Position numbers and translations under genes: made by a program
NCBI GenBank assembly: GCA_964534375.1
Contig: CAZHPN010000054.1
Coordinates: 1 to 33,111 of the forward strand
Origin: an uncultured bacterium
GTDB taxonomy: Bacteria; Lernaellota; Lernaellaia; Lernaellales; Lernaellaceae
Direction: 5' to 3'
Length of the DNA stretch: 33,111 nt
Notes under the pieces: model-generated
Seen by the model: the letters and a program-made list of their open reading frames with translations, nothing else
Told to the model about the DNA's origin: nothing
Database searches by the model: none
In this document: positions 10,401-17,702 of the stretch, piece by piece
Position numbering within the stretch: position 1 is the stretch's first letter
How the letters are laid out: each line of letters opens with the position of its first letter

Positions 10401-10745
10401 CGCGAAAGCGACCTGCTGCATCGTTGGCTCGGCCATTTCGCGAAACTGCCGAGCTTCGCGCAATTGGCCGGCGCACGCGTCTGGCGCGAGATTCCGTTCT
10501 CGTGGACCGACGGCGCGGGCGTCGCCTACAGCGGCAAGCTCGATTTGCTCGCCGAAACCGCCGCCGGGTTGCTGATCCTCGATTACAAGATCGACCGCTT
10601 CGCGCCGGCGACCATGCCGGCGCACATGGCTTATCATCGCCGGCAAGGCGAAATCTATCGCGACGCGGTCAAGGCGCTGACCGGCCGCGACGACGTGACG
10701 ACGCGCTTCTGCTTCGTTGAAATGGGGCGCGAAGAGACGCTCTGA
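7458..10745 (+). CDS. addA: AddA/RexA-like UvrD-family helicase-nuclease
   Basis: Helicase motifs EAGAGTGKT, ITFTEKAAGE, IGTLHAF, LIDEFQDTD, VGDPKQSIYRFRRAD, ANFRS, MTIHRAKGLDWP and LYVATTRA. C-terminal nuclease GKLDLL...ILDYK. Confidence 0.9.
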   Translation: MPTLRPPADQAARDRAVHGRGENLWIEAGAGTGKTTLLVERILALLTDEAAPLRLSRLAAITFTEKAAGELKVKIRQEIEQRLHAGPDAPIRQRLVTALEELETAAIGTLHAFARQLLLELPVEAGVDPHGAVMDEKEFGEFLERTYDEWFDAQIRATPPAAALRWYLGEREFYERRGDWDWLWKIARHVCLNHDVLLDAPPPEAFSLAEAVADLRAAADAALAHAHANCTDAADKAFQETAAYAAAAEALPAAAQRDECLAAIAALPKFNLRVGAAGKWVLGEKDANKERRKTLREMEARLADVAQDPEVRALFELAREFARHFEQEKRRRGALGFQDLLVRAAEMLRGNKTARAYFQRRFDALLIDEFQDTDPLQVQIAFFLGEDGPIAARHDEVKLRPGSLVVVGDPKQSIYRFRRADIEIYEKTKRLLLGAAGPTFITANFRSAPAILQTVNAVFAPLMRYDAALPVSPSYVELHAGRDAWPEAAGAILLTPNRPFDSAAAARDAEYAAVARWIRHAHDTGLPVWDKDRQTTRAMQWRDVAILDRRTATFAGLEQALRDAAAPHRIEGGKVYFQREEIAAAVNGLLALENPDDSAALGQWLASELVGFSDDDLLAHVLDRPEARLTYAGDASADDIGRVLVAMRTLHENRNRDGCLATVRGLFDLVGALPTSFTFPRREVAAANLHKLLEAARAADQARQTFGEFARAWATMYREQREEADFAITEDADDVARVMTIHRAKGLDWPIVVVIDLAAEFKSPGGPPPVLLRRAENRLAVYLGQAAQTQGYAELKAQEDQFEKAERVRQLYVATTRARDYLVLPLFGRNQANANGELPQPKGYLEFLAEARLIDASLQVVDAMGARFEEIDVDALASAGAPRWELPREFDKRALSATARQSVADYAARRAAGSPPFPPAPAALEFRSPSAHDEPPPPAEHSAGPKMGEAFHALMERLDLADRATWDRSIAETATQYQLSPRESDLLHRWLGHFAKLPSFAQLAGARVWREIPFSWTDGAGVAYSGKLDLLAETAAGLLILDYKIDRFAPATMPAHMAYHRRQGEIYRDAVKALTGRDDVTTRFCFVEMGREETL

Positions 10746-10754
10746 AGCGCAATC

Positions 10755-10813
10755 TGTAGGAGCACCCTTCCGGGTGCGATCTGCGAAATCGCGCCTGGAA
10801 AGGCGCTCTTACA
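10755..10813. repeat. Inverted REP doublet (REPIN-like, GTAG family)
   Basis: tGTAGGAGCACCCTTCCGGGTGCGAT (10755-10780) is followed by an inverted copy whose reverse complement is tGTAAGAGCGCCTTTCCAGGCGCGAT (10788-10813). Each copy has an internal palindrome after the GTAG/GTAA tetranucleotide. Confidence 0.8.
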
Positions 10814-10979
10814 GCATGCGGAACGCAATTGCCTTGACCGGCGGCGAAGCGGCGGTGTAACTTGCGTCGCACCGAATCGCCACCTGAGATTTTCCACCAT
10901 CGTTCGGCGACGGCGCCGGCGTGTTCGCGGCGCCGGTGAGAAACTGTTCGTCCGGCTGAGAACTTTGAAGGAGACATCG

Positions 10980-12563
10980 ATGAAGGGAAGGACGTTTTCG
11001 CGGTTGGCTTTCGCGCTTCTTCTCGGCCTGATTCTCGCCGCATCGGCGTCGTGCAGCGGCGGCGGTTCGGGCGGCGGCCAATCGATCGACGACGACAACG
11101 ACGATTCCTCGCCCGCCGATGACGACGTGCAATCGCCGGATGACGACGACGACGATAATGACGATGCCTCGCCCGGCGATGACGACACGGCCGACGACGA
11201 TACGTATCCCGATGACGACGACGATACGTTTGTCGATGATGACGACGACACGTATCCCGATGACGATGACGATGCGTCTCCCGATGATGACGACGACACC
11301 TTCGTCGATGATGACGACGACGACGACAACGACGACGACAGCGCCTGCGATTCCGCCTTGTGCCCAGCCGGCTGCTGCGCCGGTGCGCAGTGTCTCGCGG
11401 GGACGGCCAACGCCGACTGCGGCCAAAGCGGCGCGGCGTGCGTCGCGTGCCCGACCGGACAAGGTTGCGTCGGAACCCCCGGCGGCGGCGTGTGCGGGTG
11501 CGATGCGACGACCTGCCCGACCGGTTGTTGCGACGCGAGCGGAACCTGCCAGCTCGGCACGGCCAACGGGGCGTGCGGCGCGAGCGGCGGCCAGTGCGCC
11601 TTGTGCAGCGCGGACAACGTCTGCACCGATCAGGCGTGCGCCGCGGATTGCACAGAGGGCGCTTGCGCGACCGGGTGCTGCGACGGGACCTCCTGCGCGG
11701 CGGGAACCACGAACGCCGAGTGCGGCGCCAACGGCGCGGCCTGCGTCGCGTGCCCGACCGGACAGGAATGCGCCAACGGCGCGTGCGTCTGCGATGCGAC
11801 GAGTTGCCCCACGGGCTGCTGCGCCGCCGGCGGCGTCTGCGAGGCGGGCGCGGCCGACAGGCAATGCGGCACGGGCGGCGCGGCCTGCCTCGCCTGCGCG
11901 GCCGGAAGTTACTGCGTCGCGCAGACGTGCCAGCCGAGTTACGCCTTGTCGTTCGACGGGTCCGACGATTATGTCGATGTTCCGGACGAGTTGAGCCTGC
12001 GCCTGACCGGCCCGATGACGATCGAGGCGTGGGTCTATATCGATTCGTACCCCGTTACGGGCGTCGCCACGATCGTGATGAAGGGCGACCACACGACCAA
12101 CTCGCCCGATCACGGCTGGCGCATCGGCATCAACGGCGGTTTCTTGCAGTTCGTGATCATGAACGACGGCGCCACGCTGGCCACGGCGTCCGCGCCGCCG
12201 CCGGTGAACCGCTGGACGCATATCGCCGGCACCTTTGACGGCGCCACGGTCGCGTTGTGGCAGGACGGCGTGCTGCAGCAAAGCACGGCGACAACGCGGA
12301 TCCTCGCCGCGTCCACGGCGGATTTGCTGATGGGGAAAGACGTCGCCGCGAACCCGTACTACGACGGCGTCATCGACGAAGTTCGCCTATCCGACGTCGA
12401 CCGTTACACCGCCCCGTTCACGCCGGCGAACCGCTTCGCGCCCGACGCCGACACGGTCGCGCTCTGGCATTTCGACGAGAACCTGGGCACGACGCTCGAC
12501 GACGCCAGCGGCAACGGCCACAACGGCACGATCTACGGCGCGGCGTGGGTGGCGGGGCATTAG
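10980..12563 (+). CDS. Lipoprotein with Asp-rich linker, four Cys-rich repeats and a C-terminal LamG/concanavalin-like domain
   Basis: RBS aaggag precedes the ATG at 10980. The signal peptide ends LAASAS-C. It has a DDDD-rich tract, repeats of CxxGCC...C...GT...CG..G..C..C, and LamG motifs ALSFDGSDDYV, TIEAWV, WTHIAGTFDG and GVIDEVRLS. Confidence 0.85.
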   Translation: MKGRTFSRLAFALLLGLILAASASCSGGGSGGGQSIDDDNDDSSPADDDVQSPDDDDDDNDDASPGDDDTADDDTYPDDDDDTFVDDDDDTYPDDDDDASPDDDDDTFVDDDDDDDNDDDSACDSALCPAGCCAGAQCLAGTANADCGQSGAACVACPTGQGCVGTPGGGVCGCDATTCPTGCCDASGTCQLGTANGACGASGGQCALCSADNVCTDQACAADCTEGACATGCCDGTSCAAGTTNAECGANGAACVACPTGQECANGACVCDATSCPTGCCAAGGVCEAGAADRQCGTGGAACLACAAGSYCVAQTCQPSYALSFDGSDDYVDVPDELSLRLTGPMTIEAWVYIDSYPVTGVATIVMKGDHTTNSPDHGWRIGINGGFLQFVIMNDGATLATASAPPPVNRWTHIAGTFDGATVALWQDGVLQQSTATTRILAASTADLLMGKDVAANPYYDGVIDEVRLSDVDRYTAPFTPANRFAPDADTVALWHFDENLGTTLDDASGNGHNGTIYGAAWVAGH

Positions 12564-12570
12564 GCAGGCG

Positions 12571-12646
12571 GCAATGCAGAATGGCGAATTTCTGGCGGCG
12601 TCGGCCCTTCTGCATTCGCCATTCGCCGTTCGCCATTCCACATTGC
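12571..12646. repeat. Fold-back element of CATTCGC-type heptamers downstream of the LamG gene
   Basis: The left arm gcaatgcagaatggcgaat (12571-12589) is an inverted copy of the end of the right arm ttctg cattcgc cattcgc cgttcgc cattcca cattgc (12608-12646). Confidence 0.8.
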
Positions 12647-12692
12647 GCTGGGGATGCGCTCAAAAAAAGTCGATAAATCGGAGCACGTCGAC

Positions 12693-12737
12693 AGTCTCTA
12701 TGGGACCTATACGGCCTATACGGCCGATACGACCTAT
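12693..12737. repeat. Tandem 9-nt array (xxGRCCTAT-like x4-5)
   Basis: The array reads agtctctat gggacctat acggcctat acggccgat acgacctat. Confidence 0.8.
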
Positions 12738-12780
12738 GCCGGTCGGCCTCTTCGGACTCGGGGCGTAGTTGAGCGGTCTT

Positions 12781-13491
12781 TCAGGCTTTGGCGATCGTCG
12801 GGTTGCCGGCTTGCGCCAGCAGCAGAAACCGCGCGGCGCGGTCGTGGTTGGGCGCCTGAAGCAGCACCGCCTGCCAGAGCCCGAGCGCGCGGACGCGATC
12901 GCCCGATTGGAAGCAGCAGATTGCCAGTTCAGTTTGCAGATCGAGGTCTTTCGGATCAAGCGCGCCGGCGGCTTCGAGTTCGCGGATGGCGTCCGGATAG
13001 CGGCCGAGGCGGCGATAGGCGACGGCCAGCTTTTTCTTCAGTTCGGGCCAGTTCGGGCGCAGCTTCGCGGCGTGTTCGTACTCGACGCGGGCGTGGTCGT
13101 ATAGCTGCAATTGGCGGTAGGCGTCGCCGGTGGACATGTGTTTTTCCGCCAGGCGGAACATGTTGAGGCGGCCGGGGAATGGCGCGCTCTTCTTCAACGG
13201 CGCGAGCAGTTTCCCGGCGTGTTCGTAGCGGCCCAGATCGCAGAGCAGCACCCCCAGGTTCAGGCGCGCCTCGAGGTTCTTGGGGGCGAGTTCGAGGGCT
13301 CGGGCATAGAGCTTGACGGCCTCGGTGAAGCGTCCCTGCTGGTGGTAGATCGCGCCGAGTTTGCCGTACACCTCCGCCGAATCGCGCTTCAGGCGCAGCG
13401 CCTGCGTGAAGCAACGTTCGGCCAGGGAGAGATCGCCGCGGGCGAACGCTTCCTGACCTTGTGCGAGCGGCCTGTCGATCTCCGGAATCAT
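12781..13491 (-). CDS. Tetratricopeptide-repeat protein
   Basis: The ATG at 13491 overlaps the upstream stop (ATGA) and has an aggaac/ggagg RBS. It contains multiple TPR helices (YGKLGAIYHQQGRFTEAVKLYARALELAP, LAVAYRRLGRYPDAIRELEAAGALDP). Confidence 0.88.
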   Translation of the reverse strand: MIPEIDRPLAQGQEAFARGDLSLAERCFTQALRLKRDSAEVYGKLGAIYHQQGRFTEAVKLYARALELAPKNLEARLNLGVLLCDLGRYEHAGKLLAPLKKSAPFPGRLNMFRLAEKHMSTGDAYRQLQLYDHARVEYEHAAKLRPNWPELKKKLAVAYRRLGRYPDAIRELEAAGALDPKDLDLQTELAICCFQSGDRVRALGLWQAVLLQAPNHDRAARFLLLAQAGNPTIAKA

Positions 13492-14006
13492 GAGGTTCCT
13501 CCGGGCGGGCTGGCGGCGGCCGGCGGCGACGCGGCCGGCGGTTCGGGCCGGCTGTCGAGCCCTTGGTGGATCAACCATTTCTTGAACGGCCAAACGCCGT
13601 AGGCTTTCATCATGAAATGATCGACGCCGCTGATCGTTTTGACGCCGCCCAGCGAGGTCGTGAGCACCATGCGGTAGTCCTGCGTGATCCGCGCCCGACC
13701 GTCGCCTTCGAATTGCACGTTGCGCGAGAACGCTTGGTAATGAATGCTCGCCAGTTGATCGAACAATTTCTGCATTTCGACGCCCGGGTCGTACGTCGGG
13801 CTGGCTTTCACGTAGTCGGGCGCGAGCAGCGTCAGATACAACTTGAGGTCTTTGTTGTTGAGAGCGACCGCCCGTTGGTCGAGGGTGCGGTCGATCATTG
13901 ACCGATTGTCGGCGCAGGCCGCGGCGGCGAGCGCCGCGAGGCCGAGCACGAGCCAGCGGAGCGCTCTAGTTGAGTTGCCCCGCGAGTTTCTTGGCGTCGC
14001 CGGCAA
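13488..14006 (-). CDS. Putative lipoprotein, NTF2/SnoaL-like fold (start uncertain)
   Basis: Hydrophobic stretch ending LAAAA-C, then ALNNKDLKLYLTLLAPDY and a terminal KWLIHQG strand typical of NTF2-like folds. The TTG at 14006 was chosen as the start; it overlaps the bamD 3' end. Confidence 0.65.
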   Translation of the reverse strand: MPATPRNSRGNSTRALRWLVLGLAALAAAACADNRSMIDRTLDQRAVALNNKDLKLYLTLLAPDYVKASPTYDPGVEMQKLFDQLASIHYQAFSRNVQFEGDGRARITQDYRMVLTTSLGGVKTISGVDHFMMKAYGVWPFKKWLIHQGLDSRPEPPAASPPAAASPPGGTS

Positions 14007-14727
14007 ATTTGCCCCCGGGGAAGCGCTGCAGCAGCATGTCGACGTAACGCTTCGCCTGCGTGCGTTCATCGAGATTGACCAGGCAGCGCGCGCCGTAATA
14101 CAGCGCCTCTTCGTAAAAGTCGGTGTCGTTGTAGAGCTGCACGATGCGTTCGAAGCGTTTGAACGCGGCGTAGTACTCGTCGTTGCGCCAGTAGTGTCTG
14201 GCGATGTACCGTTCGCGCCCGGCCAGGTCGTTGCGCACGTCTTTCAGCTTCTTCTTGGCGTCGTCGTAATAGGAACTGCTCGGAAAGCGCGACACCAACT
14301 GCGAAAACTGCGTCTCGGCCTTTTCGGTCTGCGTCTGGTCGCGGTCCATCGCCATCTTTTGCTCGTAGCTGCACATGCCGCTGCGGAAGATCACGTGGTC
14401 GATCTTCTCGTGGTTCGGGTGCCGTTTCGCAAAAGCGTCGTACGCCGTTTGAGCCTCCGCCCACTGCCGTTTGCCGTAGTGGGCGTCGGCGACGCCGAGT
14501 TCCGCGTTGGTCACATACGTGGAAAATGGGTAGAGGTCGATCAGCGCGTTGTAGGCGTCGATCGCGTCCTGAAAGCTCCCCTCTTTCATGTTTTTCTGGC
14601 CGTAATCGTAAATTTCCTGCGCCGTCATCTGGTCGAATTTCGGACCGCACGCCGCGGAAAGCAGCAGCAACGCCAGCGCCGCGACCAACGGCGCCACGCG
14701 CAAGAGCCCATGTCGGTAGGTGTTCAA
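13966..14727 (-). CDS. bamD: Outer membrane protein assembly factor BamD (ComL/YfiO) lipoprotein
   Basis: The TTG start follows a ggag RBS. Lipobox LSAA-C, plus YPFSTY, RHPNHEKID, MDRDQTQT, RFPSSSY and ERYIARHY motifs. Confidence 0.9.
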   Translation of the reverse strand: MNTYRHGLLRVAPLVAALALLLLSAACGPKFDQMTAQEIYDYGQKNMKEGSFQDAIDAYNALIDLYPFSTYVTNAELGVADAHYGKRQWAEAQTAYDAFAKRHPNHEKIDHVIFRSGMCSYEQKMAMDRDQTQTEKAETQFSQLVSRFPSSSYYDDAKKKLKDVRNDLAGRERYIARHYWRNDEYYAAFKRFERIVQLYNDTDFYEEALYYGARCLVNLDERTQAKRYVDMLLQRFPGGKFAGDAKKLAGQLN

Positions 14728-14768
14728 AATCTGCTCCGCAGGCCTATTTCCGCCTATTGTATAAGGGT

Positions 14769-14777
14769 TTATGCACA
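14769..14777 (+). promoter_or_regulatory. DnaA box overlapping the likely bamD promoter
   Basis: TTATGCACA matches TTATNCACA. It lies between a minus-strand TTGACA (14787-14782) and a TATACAAT -10-like element. A second degenerate box, ATTTCCACA, is at 14820-14828. Confidence 0.35.
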
Positions 14778-14873
14778 GAAATGTCAAGCGATTCCTGCAC
14801 TATTTTTACCGTTCCGTCGATTTCCACAGGAAAATTTCTCGTGGCCGCCTTCGGACGTTCGGAACGGCGAACG

Positions 14874-16094
14874 CTATTTCTCCTCCAACATCCGCACCGC
14901 GGCCAACGCGATGCGGCCCGGAGCGTCCATCGCCGCTGCGTCAATCAGCTCCGGACGGTCGCCGGACGTATGGATCAACGTGCCATGCGACCCCGAGAAC
15001 ATCAGGGTCACCGCGGACAATCCGGCCTCCAGCAACGGAATGTGGTCCGCCTCGCCGCCGACCAACCGGCCGAGCCGTTTCGGGTTCAAGCCGGCTTCGC
15101 GTGCGGCCCGCTCGGCCAATTCCACGGCGGGGGCCGACGGGTCGACGGCGTTTTTGCTTGGCCCCGTGCCCGTGGCGAGCCACAAACGCGTTCCCTCGCC
15201 CGCCCCTTCGTAATTCAGGTGCAGCGCGGTTTTCCATTCGGGCGACTCGTCGATGGTCTTGGCGTAATGATAGGCGCCGGCGAGGCCCAGTTCCTCGGCC
15301 CCGGTCAGCAAGATGCGCACGGCGACGCCTTCCGGCGGGTCGGCGGCTACGGCGCGGGCGGTTTCGAGCAGCACGCCGCAGGCGCCGGCGTCGTCGAGCG
15401 CGCCGGGCGATTCGTTGGTCACCTTCATGAAGTAGAGAATGACCGCGCCGATTTCCGCCAGCGCCCAGAAAACCCACCAGATCGTTCCCGGAAAGCCGTG
15501 CAGCCAGCCCGGCCAGAAAATGGCGGGCGCGACGGCGAACGGCAAAAGAAACGCGCCGATGACGAACAAGATCGACAGCACCGCGCGGGTGACGATCGAG
15601 ATGTTCTGGCTCTTCGAGTCGGTGTGCGCGGAAAACACGAGCCGCTGGCGGATCGGCCCGCGCACCGGCAGATCGGCGATCAAATTGGCGCTGCGCATCA
15701 TCACGCCCGCGTTGGGGATGAAGATGCGATGCCACGGATAGTCGGCCGAACGGTCTTCGAGTTTTTGCGACGCCGTGCGGCGATAGGTCTGCCACAGGCG
15801 ATTCGCCACGAGGGGCAGCAGCAACCCGAGCGCCGCGCCGAACCGCGGCAAATGACTGAGAAGAATTCGATGGATCAGCAACAGAAAAGCGCCGCAGGCT
15901 AACACGTTCTTCAAGATTCCGAACGCCAGGACCGGATAAAAATAAAAGGGCGTCTCTTTCACCGAAAGGCCCATGCCTTCGAGCGTCGCGCGGAGGCAAC
16001 CCCGGGCTTCGACTTCGGCCGGCGTGCCGACGAGGCGCGGATACGAAATGGCTTTGGCCCACGTGGCGGCGTTTTCCGCGACAAACGTACGCAT
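14874..16094 (-). CDS. Membrane-embedded M28-family metallopeptidase
   Basis: GGAGG RBS before the ATG at 16094. Metal ligand motifs SAHTDS, GALDDAGAC, GAEELGLAG, ADHIP and IHTSGD. Two inserted hydrophobic hairpins. Confidence 0.85.
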   Translation of the reverse strand: MRTFVAENAATWAKAISYPRLVGTPAEVEARGCLRATLEGMGLSVKETPFYFYPVLAFGILKNVLACGAFLLLIHRILLSHLPRFGAALGLLLPLVANRLWQTYRRTASQKLEDRSADYPWHRIFIPNAGVMMRSANLIADLPVRGPIRQRLVFSAHTDSKSQNISIVTRAVLSILFVIGAFLLPFAVAPAIFWPGWLHGFPGTIWWVFWALAEIGAVILYFMKVTNESPGALDDAGACGVLLETARAVAADPPEGVAVRILLTGAEELGLAGAYHYAKTIDESPEWKTALHLNYEGAGEGTRLWLATGTGPSKNAVDPSAPAVELAERAAREAGLNPKRLGRLVGGEADHIPLLEAGLSAVTLMFSGSHGTLIHTSGDRPELIDAAAMDAPGRIALAAVRMLEEK

Positions 16095-16174
16095 GCTCAT
16101 CCTCCGGAAAAATCGCGGCATATTAACCGGAATTCCGCCGCGGCGCGAGGGGCGCCGGCGCGGCGAGATTCAGA

Positions 16175-16203
16175 TTGACATTCGGGCGCGCATTCTCTAT
16201 GGT
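16175..16203 (+). promoter_or_regulatory. sigma70-type promoter
   Basis: TTGACA (16175-16180), a 17-nt spacer and TATGGT (16198-16203), upstream of the CDS at 16261. Confidence 0.6.
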
Positions 16204-16260
16204 TGGGCCAATCAAAATGCCCTTTTCCAATGCGCGCGAGAAATTGAAGGAGTATCGGGC

Positions 16261-16566
16261 ATGCGTGTACTCGTTTTTCTGGCCGTAATCGCGGTGCTCT
16301 GCTGCGGCTTGGCGGCCTGTGAAAAAGTACCGCCGCCGCCGCCGGCCAAAGCCCCGGCCCCGGCCTCGCCGGGCTCGCCGGCCGCGGCGATCCGCGGCGC
16401 CGTTTCGCCGTCGGCCGCGCTGCCGGCGGCCGGGGGCCCGAACGCGGCCGCGCCCGACGCGAAGCTTCCCGCAGCGCCGCCCCCGGCGGCCGCCGCGCCG
16501 AAGCCGGACGCCAGCGACGTGAAAGAAAAAACGCCGGAAAAAACGGCGGCCGAGACCGCGATCTAG
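16261..16566 (+). CDS. Small Pro/Ala-rich lipoprotein
   Basis: aaggag RBS. Signal MRVLVFLAVIAVLCCGLAA-C followed by a low-complexity PA-rich tail. Confidence 0.75.
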   Translation: MRVLVFLAVIAVLCCGLAACEKVPPPPPAKAPAPASPGSPAAAIRGAVSPSAALPAAGGPNAAAPDAKLPAAPPPAAAAPKPDASDVKEKTPEKTAAETAI

Positions 16567-16582
16567 ACCCGCGGTTGAGCGT

Positions 16583-16611
16583 TTGACAAAACGAAACGTT
16601 GCGCGCACCAT
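16583..16611 (+). promoter_or_regulatory. Possible sigma70-type promoter
   Basis: TTGACA (16583-16588), a 17-nt spacer and CACCAT (16606-16611). Confidence 0.4.
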
Positions 16612-16706
16612 CCGCGCGCGATTGCAACAATGACAAGTGAGGCCGGCCCCGGTGGACCGTCTTCATTAGTGCTCAAGACAAAACAACGTGATGGAGGTTG
16701 ACTCGA

Positions 16707-17063
16707 ATGAAACGCGCGCTCTTTATCCTGTTCGTCGTGGTCTTCGCCGCGAGCGTCTTCGCGATGGTCGCGTGCACCAAGCCGGAACCCGCGGCTCCGC
16801 CGCCGCCGCCCCCGCCGCCGCCGCCGCCGGTTGTCGCGCCGATCGCGCTGCCGCCCGCTCCGCCGCCGGCTGCACCGCCCGCCGCTGGCGCTCCGGGCGC
16901 CGCCGCTCCTGCGGCCATGCCTCCGATGGCTCCGCCTGCCGACGCGAAAGCTCCGGGCGCGATGGCTCCGGCTCCGGCCGCTCCGGCCAAGGCTCCGGGC
17001 GCGATGCCTCCGGCTCCGCCGAAGGCCCCGGGCGCTCCGCCTCCCGCTGGCGGCGGCAAATAA
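16707..17063 (+). CDS. Small Pro/Ala-rich lipoprotein with a polyproline run
   Basis: ggagg RBS. Signal MKRALFILFVVVFAASVFAMVA-C, a run of ten prolines and KAPGAM repeats. It is followed by a terminator. Confidence 0.8.
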   Translation: MKRALFILFVVVFAASVFAMVACTKPEPAAPPPPPPPPPPPVVAPIALPPAPPPAAPPAAGAPGAAAPAAMPPMAPPADAKAPGAMAPAPAAPAKAPGAMPPAPPKAPGAPPPAGGGK

Positions 17064-17087
17064 CCTCGCCTCTAAATCGGCATTAAT

Positions 17088-17119
17088 AGAGGGCGCTCCA
17101 AGTGGGCGCCCTCTTTTTT
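17088..17119 (+). terminator. Rho-independent terminator
   Basis: An agagggcgc / gcgccctct stem followed by a T-run. Confidence 0.8.
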
Positions 17120-17128
17120 AGGCTCGCG

Positions 17129-17671
17129 ATGCTGCACGATTTGGACACCGAACTCTTTCGCGCGATCAACGAGCGCTGGACGTGCGCCGTCATGGATTGG
17201 CTCGGCATCGCGCTGCAGAATCCACGCTGGTTGTGGTTGCCCGCGGCGTTGCTCCTGCTCTGGTTGTGGTGGAAGGGCGACCGGCGGGATTGGCTCTTTG
17301 TCGCGATCCTGGCGTTGACGGTGGCCGTGACGGACATCGTTTGCGCGCGCCTGCTGAAACCCTGGATCGGCCGCTTGCACCCGACCGATGCGCTCGACGG
17401 CGTGCGGGCGCTGGTCGGCTGCAAGCACGGCTTCTCGATGCCCTCGAACCACGCCGCCAATCTCGCCGCCGCCTCGATGCTGATCGCGGCGCGGATTCGC
17501 CAGCTCGCTTTGCCAGCGGCGCTCATCACGTTTTTTGTCGGATATTCGCGCATTTACGTGGGCGTTCATTTTCCTTTGGATGTGCTGGCCGGCTTCGCCG
17601 CCGGCATCGTCATCGGCCTGGGCGGGATCGTCGCCTGGCAGTGGGTCGATTCTATTGCGACCCGCTCTTGA
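17129..17671 (+). CDS. PAP2-family phosphatase (undecaprenyl-PP/lipid phosphatase-like)
   Basis: Motifs KPWIGRLHP (C1), SMPSNHA (C2) and SRIYVGVHFPLDV (C3), with several transmembrane helices. Confidence 0.9.
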   Translation: MLHDLDTELFRAINERWTCAVMDWLGIALQNPRWLWLPAALLLLWLWWKGDRRDWLFVAILALTVAVTDIVCARLLKPWIGRLHPTDALDGVRALVGCKHGFSMPSNHAANLAAASMLIAARIRQLALPAALITFFVGYSRIYVGVHFPLDVLAGFAAGIVIGLGGIVAWQWVDSIATRS

Positions 17672-17702
17672 CCAGGCGAGCGGCCGGCGGCGGCATCGCC
17701 GT

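Noticed and set aside
4060..10646. Long minus-strand ORFs 4060-7293 (1077 aa) and 7419-10646 (1075 aa)
   Set aside because: They are antisense shadows of addB and addA in high-GC DNA, Arg/Ala/Gly-rich and without motifs.
14731..14765. caggcctattt... resembling a DnaA-box/GC-clamp/DnaA-trio origin element
   Set aside because: The adjacent box is too degenerate, the trinucleotide periodicity is not maintained, and it overlaps the bamD leader.
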